A stretch of 64,000 bases of DNA from IMG/VR virus record IMGVR_UViG_3300020438_004435, one strand, 5' to 3'. Position 1 is the first letter of the stretch; each line of letters starts with the position of its first letter. Under the pieces are notes generated by a model. That model was not told where the DNA came from, ran no database searches, and worked only from the letters and a program-made list of their open reading frames with translations. Origin of the DNA: a virus. Below are positions 37,294 through 46,700 of this stretch, in pieces. The position numbers were made by a program, and so were the translations under genes.

Positions 37294-37814
37294 TATTTTA
37301 CCAAGCTAGTTACAATTTTTACTTTTGGATATTTTTTCTTTAATTTATCTACTGCTTTTATATTTTTAGGACTATCATCCATAAAGTATATCGGATCATA
37401 CCCTTTTAATATTTCAGCTTCAATATAATCTGCTTTGTCTTGAGGATTTGCACTTCCTAATGGTACTACATAAGGATTGATGCCTATTGTTCTAAAAAAA
37501 TGATTGATAGGTGCACCTAATCGTCTAGCTGTAAGTATCGTTACTTTCCTACCACCTTTCTTTAATTGTTTACGTAATAAGTCTACATTCTTTTTAATTA
37601 GTCTAGGATTACGTAATTTTCTATCGAAATCTCTGAAATCATATTCTTCACCATCTTTTAATGTATGGACGGCAAATTCTGCAGGATCTAATTTATCTAC
37701 TTCCTTTCCATTGAGTGTTACATATACCCATGAATCTGATTTAGCTAATGTATCATCAAAATCAAAGATACTTAACATTCGTGCTTCGAATAATATATCT
37801 TTTAACTTAATCAT
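37293..37814 (-). CDS. HAD-family phosphatase with LxE leader
   Basis: MIKLKDILFE; FDFDDTL, ILTAR, K, FMDDS. Confidence 0.8.
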   Translation of the reverse strand: MIKLKDILFEARMLSIFDFDDTLAKSDSWVYVTLNGKEVDKLDPAEFAVHTLKDGEEYDFRDFDRKLRNPRLIKKNVDLLRKQLKKGGRKVTILTARRLGAPINHFFRTIGINPYVVPLGSANPQDKADYIEAEILKGYDPIYFMDDSPKNIKAVDKLKKKYPKVKIVTSLVK

Positions 37815-38293
37815 TACTTACCTTTTCTCCACGTTCCACCATTTTTCTTATATATTTTTGCTGCGAATGCATTTGCATAAGCTGATGGATAAACCTTATA
37901 TTTTTTCTTAGCTTGGGATTTTGCATACGACCATTTGGCCGCATCAGATGGTATATTCTTTTCTATTAATCTATTGATTTCTTTAAGAAATGTTTCGTTT
38001 TTAGGATCCGTGTTAATCATTTTAGGACTTTTAGAAGGTTTACCTTTACCAGAATAGGCTTTTCTTTTTCTTCTTGTAGCAGATTCCTTATCCTTTTTAC
38101 TCATTGAAGCTGCCTTAGATTTTTTAACACATTTAGGATAAGCTCTTTTACCACCAGATCTTGACTTCTTACCTGCCGATGCTCCACATTCAGGATGCTT
38201 ACCACTTTTAGTTTTTCTAGATACATCAACCCATTTTTCCTTAAACCATTTACCTAATCCACCCTGAACCTCTATTAAATCCATAAGTTTCAT
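37814..38293 (-). CDS. basic conserved phage protein with leader
   Basis: MKLMDLIE; GLGKWFKEKWVD, YPKCV, YPSAYAN. Confidence 0.7.
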   Translation of the reverse strand: MKLMDLIEVQGGLGKWFKEKWVDVSRKTKSGKHPECGASAGKKSRSGGKRAYPKCVKKSKAASMSKKDKESATRRKRKAYSGKGKPSKSPKMINTDPKNETFLKEINRLIEKNIPSDAAKWSYAKSQAKKKYKVYPSAYANAFAAKIYKKNGGTWRKGK

Positions 38294-38295
38294 AA

Positions 38296-38697
38296 TTAGC
38301 TCACATCCATTGATTCATCATAGGTTAATTTAATACCTTGTTTTTTTAGGTCTTTAGCAGCCTTATCTAATTTATCGTGGTCTATATTTCTTAAATATAT
38401 CTTCCAACCTAATAATTTTGATAATGACTCTTCAGCATCTCTCCAACTATCCCAGCCTCTAACCCTTTTCTTTCCATCAATAACAGTTCTATAGAATCTA
38501 CCTCTATCTGTAAACCATATATCTATTGTCTTTATATTAGCTTCATTAACGGGTTTAGCATCTAAAAAAGCTTGATCTACTAAATCTTCATTTTTTACAC
38601 AATTAGGCACTCTTTTACCAAACATTGTTTTTGTGCCCTTTTTGGTATAGCCCTTCCAGCATCTAGTACCTTCTAATATGTCTTTTAATTTAATCAT
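38296..38697 (-). CDS. LxE-leader modular protein
   Basis: MIKLKDILE; CWKGY...VPNCV; internal VNE. Confidence 0.7.
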   Translation of the reverse strand: MIKLKDILEGTRCWKGYTKKGTKTMFGKRVPNCVKNEDLVDQAFLDAKPVNEANIKTIDIWFTDRGRFYRTVIDGKKRVRGWDSWRDAEESLSKLLGWKIYLRNIDHDKLDKAAKDLKKQGIKLTYDESMDVS

Positions 38698-39185
38698 TAT
38701 TTTCCAAATTTTACGTAAGCATTTACCATGTCAGCACCAGCTGCACCTCTATGAGTTTTTATATATGGTCTTGCTGGACCTTTTTGGATTGCTTGTACTA
38801 CCTCTTCCAAACCAAATACTTTACCAGTTTTCGTAATTTGAAAATTTCCATCAACCATCTTTGAAAAGATCATTTTTCCAATTCCTACTGTTTCATTTTT
38901 TTTCATAGCTTTAAGTCTTGTTCTGAGATTGACTCTAAAATTTCTTGCTCTTTGTGAATAGTCTTCATTTAATTTACCTTCAATAACAAAATCACTAAAT
39001 TCACCTATTCTATCATATAAGCCTGCATTATGAGCTAGCCTACCTGTTTTTTTATTCTTCCATGAATTATTACCAATTTTAGTCCAAGGCGAATAACCTC
39101 CACCAGAAGCCTTAGCTCCTTTTTTAGCATTGATAATAGCTTTCATTGCTGATTCTTCATTTAACAATTCCTTTAATTTTATCAT
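38697..39185 (-). CDS. LxE-leader two-module protein
   Basis: MIKLKELLNE; internal GKLNE. Confidence 0.7.
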   Translation of the reverse strand: MIKLKELLNEESAMKAIINAKKGAKASGGGYSPWTKIGNNSWKNKKTGRLAHNAGLYDRIGEFSDFVIEGKLNEDYSQRARNFRVNLRTRLKAMKKNETVGIGKMIFSKMVDGNFQITKTGKVFGLEEVVQAIQKGPARPYIKTHRGAAGADMVNAYVKFGK

Positions 39186-41071
39186 TAGTATTGCTCCATT
39201 CTATCTAATTTAGCCATAAGTTTTTTGAATTCAGCTTTTTTCTTTTTATATTCTTTTTCTTTCTTTTCGATCTCTCTACCATATCTAGTAGCTTTAGGAC
39301 CACCTTCTGGTTCAGCTTCCTGTTCCATATCTTTATGAAGTTGACTTAAGTCTTTTGTAATCATCTTCATATCATATTCTAAATCCATAACAGTATCTTG
39401 CAATTTCCATTTTGCATCTAAATGTTTCCAAACAGATGTAGCTTCGGTCTTTGGTGCTCCACCAGCTCCTGTATAATCCATAATTTCTGAATATAAATCT
39501 TTACCTTTATGTTTACCTTTGTATGTAATTCTATCAGCTTCAATTGGATGAAAACTTCCAGGCATTGATGGTAATTTTATATAAGCTACCTTACCTTTAA
39601 CCTTGTTAACTACACCATATTCTCCGTCATCCATTTTGATAGCATCACCTTTCCGTATCTTAGCTTCTTTTAATTTACCACCTTTAACAATTTTATAGAA
39701 TTGGATAATATCTTTCTTTTCATCTCCAGAGGTTGTAAAATCTTCAACCGATTTTCCTTTTTTAGATATTATTAGTCTAGAGGAATTAGATTTTTTAACT
39801 AATTGATATCCATCCTGATTCGCTATAACACTAAATCTTAATCTTTCTGTTAAATTATTTTCCTTAGCCATTTGAATTTTAGCTGTAGGTATTGAATCAA
39901 TAATCTTTTTAGCCTTTTCAAAATCTTTCTTATCCAATTTCAATGCAGTCATTGTCACAGATAGTCTATTCATCTGAAAACCTTTGATTCCAGCTCTTTC
40001 TAATTCACCTTTCAATTGATTAGGTTTGAAATTTGCTTTGGTTTGTATACCAATCATACTTTCGGTTAATTTGCCTTCTTCTAATTTAGTTATATTTCTA
40101 GCATCTACACCTAACATTTCACCTTTATCCATATTGAGATAGATACCTCCACCTGCTCTCTTCTTCTTTAGAGCATAATCACCAGGACTATATATTGTTC
40201 CATCGATGGTTTGTTTAGTCTTTACTGTAAATCGTTTAGGTAATTTAGCTTCATTAACACCTTCGAAAACTGATTTAATTGATTTACCTCTTAATACATC
40301 TTTACATGCTTTATTAAATGCTTTAAGTGCTTTTGTAGCCAGGCCTTGTTTTCCATCTTGTTTATTTTCAATAGCTATATTTAAGTAACTAGCTACATCT
40401 TCAGCTACTTCATCATCTATTCTATCAAACCTATCTGATAAATCTAGTAATGCGTCTTCAGACATAGTCTTCCAACTAACCTTTGAACCTAGCGTTAATA
40501 ATGGTTTTAGACCTCTTGCCAATTTTTCATTTAATTTGTATATTCTTTCATTTAATTTGTATATTGATAATAAATGTTTGTTTTCTAAGGTAGTAAGTTT
40601 ATTACCTGAACGTTTAATGATTAAATTATCTTTCTTCATCATTACAGCTAATGCTCTACCAAAATCTTTTCCTTGAGGTCCTTTATTAGGAATACTACTC
40701 CATTGTTTTGCTTTTTTATTTGCCCATGCTAACCATACCTGTCTTAATGCGAGAAATAAATATGTGCCATCTCCACGATTATCTTTTAGAGCTTTTAATA
40801 AGATATTCTTTACTGCTGATCTATTTTTATATGCCCATTTCTTAAAGTCTAAATATGCAAACTCGTTAGGAGTATCTTGAAACATTGGTCTTTGTTCATT
40901 TAATTCAGTAATTGATCCATCTGTTGATAATATATCAGATGCTTTAGTCCTACCTGTACCTTTGTTATATGATACACTGTAGTATGTTTTACCATTATAA
41001 TCCTTAACATTTGTTATAACGCCTGGACTACCTAGATATTTTACCTTATCACCTTTCTTAAATTGTTTCAT
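39185..41071 (-). CDS. putative polyprotein of small domains joined by LxE linkers
   Basis: ELNE, KLNE x2, GVNE, KLEE/KLTE, NLTE, KLKE, LYSE junctions. Confidence 0.65.
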   Translation of the reverse strand: MKQFKKGDKVKYLGSPGVITNVKDYNGKTYYSVSYNKGTGRTKASDILSTDGSITELNEQRPMFQDTPNEFAYLDFKKWAYKNRSAVKNILLKALKDNRGDGTYLFLALRQVWLAWANKKAKQWSSIPNKGPQGKDFGRALAVMMKKDNLIIKRSGNKLTTLENKHLLSIYKLNERIYKLNEKLARGLKPLLTLGSKVSWKTMSEDALLDLSDRFDRIDDEVAEDVASYLNIAIENKQDGKQGLATKALKAFNKACKDVLRGKSIKSVFEGVNEAKLPKRFTVKTKQTIDGTIYSPGDYALKKKRAGGGIYLNMDKGEMLGVDARNITKLEEGKLTESMIGIQTKANFKPNQLKGELERAGIKGFQMNRLSVTMTALKLDKKDFEKAKKIIDSIPTAKIQMAKENNLTERLRFSVIANQDGYQLVKKSNSSRLIISKKGKSVEDFTTSGDEKKDIIQFYKIVKGGKLKEAKIRKGDAIKMDDGEYGVVNKVKGKVAYIKLPSMPGSFHPIEADRITYKGKHKGKDLYSEIMDYTGAGGAPKTEATSVWKHLDAKWKLQDTVMDLEYDMKMITKDLSQLHKDMEQEAEPEGGPKATRYGREIEKKEKEYKKKKAEFKKLMAKLDRMEQY

Positions 41072-41700
41072 CTTGGAGTTCTCCTTACTGGTCTGGTCGA
41101 TCTTTTATTAGTATTGACCTTTATATTATTTCTATTTGTATTGACCTTTATATTATTTCTATTTGTATTTACTTTAACATTATTTCTATTTGTATTTACT
41201 TTAACATTATTTCTATTTGTATTGATTTTTACATTATTTCTATTTGTATTAATCTTTACATTATTTCTATTTGTAGATTTTACTTTATTAATTGAAGGTC
41301 TTGGAGTATATGTTCTACCCTTGCCATTATTAAATTTGGATCCTCTAGGATTTCTTACTATTCTTGAATTATTTAATTGAATAGAAACATGTGTGTGAGA
41401 ACTATAAGTGTAAGGGGGTAGTATGGTATACCAATACCACCACGGATATAAATGTGGTACACCATAATAATAATAAAAATTGTTATGGAATCCCCAATAT
41501 GGTAAATCATCATGATAATAAACCTGTGTCGAGTGATCTCTGGAATCACAACATGAATGATCAGATAGACAATGTTGCCCTCTTTCCATTAATTCACAAT
41601 TATGAGCCTGTGAACTGTATGTGCCTTCATAGATTGTGCATCCTGACATCATTGCTAGACTTATTATTATAATTAAATTTTTCATATTATTTTCCTTCAT
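41068..41700 (-). CDS. lipoprotein with Tyr/His-rich core and 9-aa tandem repeat tail
   Basis: Lipobox-like MMSGC; (NRNNVKINT) x6. Confidence 0.7.
   Translation of the reverse strand: MKENNMKNLIIIISLAMMSGCTIYEGTYSSQAHNCELMERGQHCLSDHSCCDSRDHSTQVYYHDDLPYWGFHNNFYYYYGVPHLYPWWYWYTILPPYTYSSHTHVSIQLNNSRIVRNPRGSKFNNGKGRTYTPRPSINKVKSTNRNNVKINTNRNNVKINTNRNNVKVNTNRNNVKVNTNRNNIKVNTNRNNIKVNTNKRSTRPVRRTPR
41111..41274. repeat. 27-bp coding tandem repeat x6
   Basis: Unit GTATTGACCTTTATATTATTTCTATTT with synonymous and conservative variants. Confidence 0.9.
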
Positions 41701-42316
41701 GCATTTTATGATGTTCCCATGCTAAATCCGAAACCACCTTCATAAATTGTTTTCTAGCTTTTTTGTATATTGATTTATGTTTCGATTCCTTTAACCCTCT
41801 TTCAAATTTATCTAGGTCCACAGTTAGAAAGTTTTGTAGTGCTGTAATTTTACTAAATTCAGATCCACCATATTCGCTTACTAATTCAGCATCTCTATCT
41901 AGCATAGTAATTACTCTTTCCATTTCAGCTTCTGCCTTTTTTCTTTTTGCGGTAAGCTGTCGAGCTATATCCATATATTTTTTAGTATCCTTTCCTGCTG
42001 CCTTAGCTGCTTTGTATTTGTCTATATTAGCCAACATTACTAAATTTATTTTAGATACTGCATCATATGCTTTGGATATATCCTTTGCACCTACTTTTGC
42101 TTCTGTCTTCATGCCTAATTTACCTTTATATAATTTAACAAGTCTTGCATTGCCAGCTGATTGATGTTTTCTTAAAAGTCTTTTATGATCTTTATCAGGG
42201 TTAGCTGTAGTATGTTCGTATGGTCCATCCTTATATGTTACAGGCTTACCATCCTTCTTTGCCTTTTTCTTTTTAGCTATAGCAATAGCCGCATTTTGAG
42301 CTATTGATTTCCCCAT
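41687..42316 (-). CDS. basic modular hypothetical protein
   Basis: ORF track; internal KTE and VSE junctions. Confidence 0.65.
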   Translation of the reverse strand: MGKSIAQNAAIAIAKKKKAKKDGKPVTYKDGPYEHTTANPDKDHKRLLRKHQSAGNARLVKLYKGKLGMKTEAKVGAKDISKAYDAVSKINLVMLANIDKYKAAKAAGKDTKKYMDIARQLTAKRKKAEAEMERVITMLDRDAELVSEYGGSEFSKITALQNFLTVDLDKFERGLKESKHKSIYKKARKQFMKVVSDLAWEHHKMHEGK

Positions 42317-43335
42317 TAGTATGCTCGTCCTAAAGTTTTAACATCAACATATGCTTTAGCTTTATCAAGTTTAGATAGTTCCATTTTCAATTTATTGAAT
42401 TCATCTTTAACTTCTTTAGCTTTGTTAGCCATTGATGATTTTTCATAGTCGACGCTATATTTAGCTTGATCTGGTTTATCTTTATACTTGGCTTTAACCG
42501 CTTCTATATTAGCTCCTGCTCGCATATATTCTTCGAATGCTCTAATCATATAATTATATCTATGTCCAATAGTTTTTACTGTATCAGCGTAATATGAATC
42601 TCTTGGAATAAATCCTTGTTTCATTTTAGTAAGCTTTTCTTGTAGAGCTGCTTCATACATTTTAGTAGCTGTTTCTAATAATTTTATTATTGGACCTTTA
42701 CCAGCTTCTCCTGCTTTTATAGTCAATGCTTTTCTATATCTAGCTATATTATCTTGTTTCATTTTTTTAGCGTCCATCATTGCCGTTGCACCTGCTTTTG
42801 CAGCTGCTCGATCTGCGATTTTCTGTTTTGCACCTCTAGCTGCTTCATCTGGATCTAAATGGTATACCTGTGCACCATCAATTTTCATTATATCTTTAAT
42901 AGAAGCAAATCCACGTTTATCTAATCCGATAAATGCTCTGCCTGATCCTGCTCCTGTTCTGATGCCTCTACCTATCCATACTCTTTTACCTTTAATTGTA
43001 ACCGCTAATAGTTGACCTGCTCCTATACGAGTTCTCCAGTCATATCTAGAGGAAGCTGGTATTTCTGTATCTTTTGAAGCTATTACTATATCAATACCTT
43101 TGTTATCTATTCGCGTGTCAGGACCCTTTACCATATCATCAGTAAGTTGATCCCATTGAACTCCATATTGTCTAGCCATATCATCTAAAAATGATTTGTC
43201 TTTACCCCATTTACCTACCTTTCCAAATAATGATGCTATTTTTCTAGATGCAAATTTTTCATTAAGAATTAATTTAGATTCCTTAATAATTGATGTTAAT
43301 TCTTCCTTGATAATTTTTCTAATAATTTTTTTCAT
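42316..43335 (-). CDS. LxE-leader protein, unknown function
   Basis: MKKIIRKIIKEELTSIIKESKLILNE. Confidence 0.7.
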   Translation of the reverse strand: MKKIIRKIIKEELTSIIKESKLILNEKFASRKIASLFGKVGKWGKDKSFLDDMARQYGVQWDQLTDDMVKGPDTRIDNKGIDIVIASKDTEIPASSRYDWRTRIGAGQLLAVTIKGKRVWIGRGIRTGAGSGRAFIGLDKRGFASIKDIMKIDGAQVYHLDPDEAARGAKQKIADRAAAKAGATAMMDAKKMKQDNIARYRKALTIKAGEAGKGPIIKLLETATKMYEAALQEKLTKMKQGFIPRDSYYADTVKTIGHRYNYMIRAFEEYMRAGANIEAVKAKYKDKPDQAKYSVDYEKSSMANKAKEVKDEFNKLKMELSKLDKAKAYVDVKTLGRAY

Positions 43336-43341
43336 AATTTC

Positions 43342-43731
43342 CTAACCCTTAAATATTTGTTTTTTACCGCCATTATATACGTATGCATGGCCTTCAGTTA
43401 TAAGTGCATCATTAATACATATTTGTTTACCATCCTTATCCATAATAAATAGTTCTCCAAGGACTCTACCATATTTACCTAGACCATAAGATTTTAATCT
43501 AAAGTATCCTGGTTTATCACTTACTTCCTCTATTAATTGTTTATTTCTTGCTTTAGCAGCTAGACCTAATTTTTTTTCTTCAAGGTCTCTTGTTCGGCTT
43601 TCCCATGCATCAAGACCTTTATATCTGATTCTTTTTTTGACCCAAATATCAAACCCTACGTCAATCATTGCATCAACCGTATCACCATCAACTACTCTAT
43701 CTAACTTTGCTCTGTAAATATACTTTTCCAT
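43342..43731 (-). CDS. thermonuclease (SNase family)
   Basis: RVVDGDTV, RIRYKGLDAWE, GKYGRVLG, LITEGHA. Confidence 0.9.
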   Translation of the reverse strand: MEKYIYRAKLDRVVDGDTVDAMIDVGFDIWVKKRIRYKGLDAWESRTRDLEEKKLGLAAKARNKQLIEEVSDKPGYFRLKSYGLGKYGRVLGELFIMDKDGKQICINDALITEGHAYVYNGGKKQIFKG

Positions 43732-46700
43732 TATTTCCCTAAAACTATTCTTCTATTATATATTACGTTATTATATTCAATGTATAAATTATATACTCCT
43801 GGTTTATAATTTGCAATATCAATTGGCTCTTTAACATCCTTAATAAACATTATATTATTACCTAACATATCAGTAATACCAACATCAAATGAGCCTTTTG
43901 CCTCTATTATAAATAGGCCTTTTGTAGGATTAGGATATATTTTTATGCTATTTCTATCAATTAGATCTGTAGTAGATAAGGGATCTCCAAATGCACAATT
44001 ATTATATTGTGATTGACAAAAGTTATCCCATTGATTGTTTAAGCAATAAGGATCTACCTCATATACTACCCATGCATAACAGGTATCATTTAACCAATAC
44101 GGATTTCCAGCTCCTGTTACTGTATTTAGGTCATAGTATAAACAGCTACCATCATCAGTATTGGCTAGTGGATCATAATTGTTAACTATTACAGTATTAA
44201 ATCCTGGAATATAGTTTGGATAAGTATTATATAAATAACCTTGAAAGTCATAATCATCTGTACATCCGTAAACTGTTGCAATACAAGTTCCATTATCTAC
44301 ATTTGCTAAAGGATCATAATTAAATGCTGTTGAATCAGTACAACCAAATATCTGAGCTATACAAGGATCTGATACATCTGTTGATGATACCTGATTTGTA
44401 TTACAGGGTGCGCAATAATTAAGAGCTGGTAATCCATCTCCATTAAAATCATTACCTTGACCATCATCCATACATCCATATATAAATGGTACACAAACAT
44501 TAGCTGGTTGTGTATTTGCTAATGGATTATAATTAAACATTGTAGTATCCATGCATCCATAAACAAAAGGTATGCAAGATCCATTGTCTACATTTGCTAG
44601 TGGATTGTAATTAAACATTGTAATATCCATACATCCAAACACTTTTGTTATACATGTTCCATTTTCTGTATTTGCTAATGGATTATAATTAAGTGCTGGC
44701 AATCCATCTCCATCATAATCAATAACAATTCCATCATCCATACATCCTAATACTACTCCTATACAACTACCATCATCAATATTTGCTAGAGAATTATAAT
44801 TGAATGATATTGGATTCATACATCCATATACCGCTAGATCTGTACAGCTTCCATTATCGTAGTCTGCAGTAAATCCTTGAGTCCAGAATTGAAGATACAA
44901 TGGATCAGTACAACCTGGATTATAATAACATGAGCCATCTAATGTATTTGCTAGAGGGTTATAATTAGCTGCAGTTGCATCTGTACATCCATATATAAAT
45001 GGAATACATGTCCCATTATCAGTATTAGCTGCTGGATTATAATTCCACATTGTAGAATCCATACAACCATATATAAATGGTATACAACTACCATCGGCTA
45101 AATTAGCTTGTGGGTTATAGTTAAATTGTGTAGCATCCATACATCCATATATAACGGAATCAATACACGAGCCATCATCATAATCAGCTGTAAATCCTTG
45201 ATTCCAAAATTGTATAAAATTAGGATCAGTGCATCCAGGAGCATAATAACAAGAACCATCTGTTGTATTTGCAAGTGGATTAAAATTAGCAGCTGTCATA
45301 TCCATACACCCATATACAAAAGGAATGCAGGTTCCATTATCCGTATTGGCTAGTGGATTATAGTTAAACATAGTAGTATCCATACAACCATAAATATATG
45401 GAACACAGGACCCATTATCAATATTCGCATTAGCATTATAGTTGAACATTGTATTATCCATACAACCATATAATACAGAATCAACACAACTACCATCATC
45501 AAAATCCGCTACAAAACCTTGCGTATAAAATTGTAGGAAATTTGCATCAGTACAACCTGGATTATAGTAACAACTATTATCATTCGTATTTGCTAATTGA
45601 TCCCAATTTGCCGCAAGAGGATCAGTACAGCCGTATATAAATGGAACACATGTTCCGTTATCAGTATTGGCTAATGGATTATAATTCCACATTGTAGAAT
45701 CTGTACATCCATAGATATATGATACACAGCTGTTATCATTAGTATTAGCGTTAGGGTCATAATTTAACGCAGTAGGATCGGTACAACCATATATAAATGG
45801 TATACAGGTACCATTATCTGTATTGGCTAGAGGGTCATAATTAAATGCTGTTGTATCTGTGCAACCATAAATAAAAGGTTCACAACTTCCATTATCTGTA
45901 TTGGCTAATATATCATAATTCCACATAGTAGGATCAGTACAACCATATATAAATGGTATACATGAACTATCACTAGTATTTGCAAATACATCATAATTCC
46001 ACATCAATGGATCTATACATCCATAAATAAATGGAATACAACTTCCGTCATTAGTGTTTGCTAATGAATCATAATTATACATTGTAGAATCGGTACAGCC
46101 GTAAATATAAGGTATGCATGAACCATCATCTGTATTTGCTAATATATTATAATTTAATGCCGTTGAGTCTGTACATCCTAATTGTTCTGCTATACAACTT
46201 CCATCGTCTGTATTTGCTAAGGCATTATAATTTATAGCAGTTGAATCTGTACATCCATATAGGAAAGGTATGCATGTTCCATCATTTGTATTTGCTAATG
46301 GATCATAATTTAACATTGTAGAATCTGTACATCCATAAACATAAGGTAGGCATGAACCATTATCAGTATTGGCGGTTATATCGTAGTTCCACATTGTAGA
46401 GTCCATACAACCATATATTACTGGAATACATGAATAATCTTCTGTATTACAAAAAGAACAATAATTAAATGCTGCTGGATCCAAACATCCAAATACTTTT
46501 GTTATACATGGATCTGTTGTATCAACTACAGAGGTCCATTGAACTGTAGCATATTGATCGAAATTAAACATAGTTGAATCAGTACAACCAAATATTGCAT
46601 ATGTACTACAAGATCCATCATTAAAGTCTGCAACGTATCCTTGTGTATGATATTCTAGATAAGCTGGATCAGTACATCCAGGATTAAAATAACAAGATGT

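Noticed and set aside
41111-41274. Possible CRISPR array
   Set aside because: Units are head-to-tail with no unique spacers, keep the reading frame, and no cas genes are present
41063-41380. Hydrophobic repeat ORF (LFLFVLTF...)
   Set aside because: Alternative frame of the 27-bp repeat within the lipoprotein gene 41068..41700
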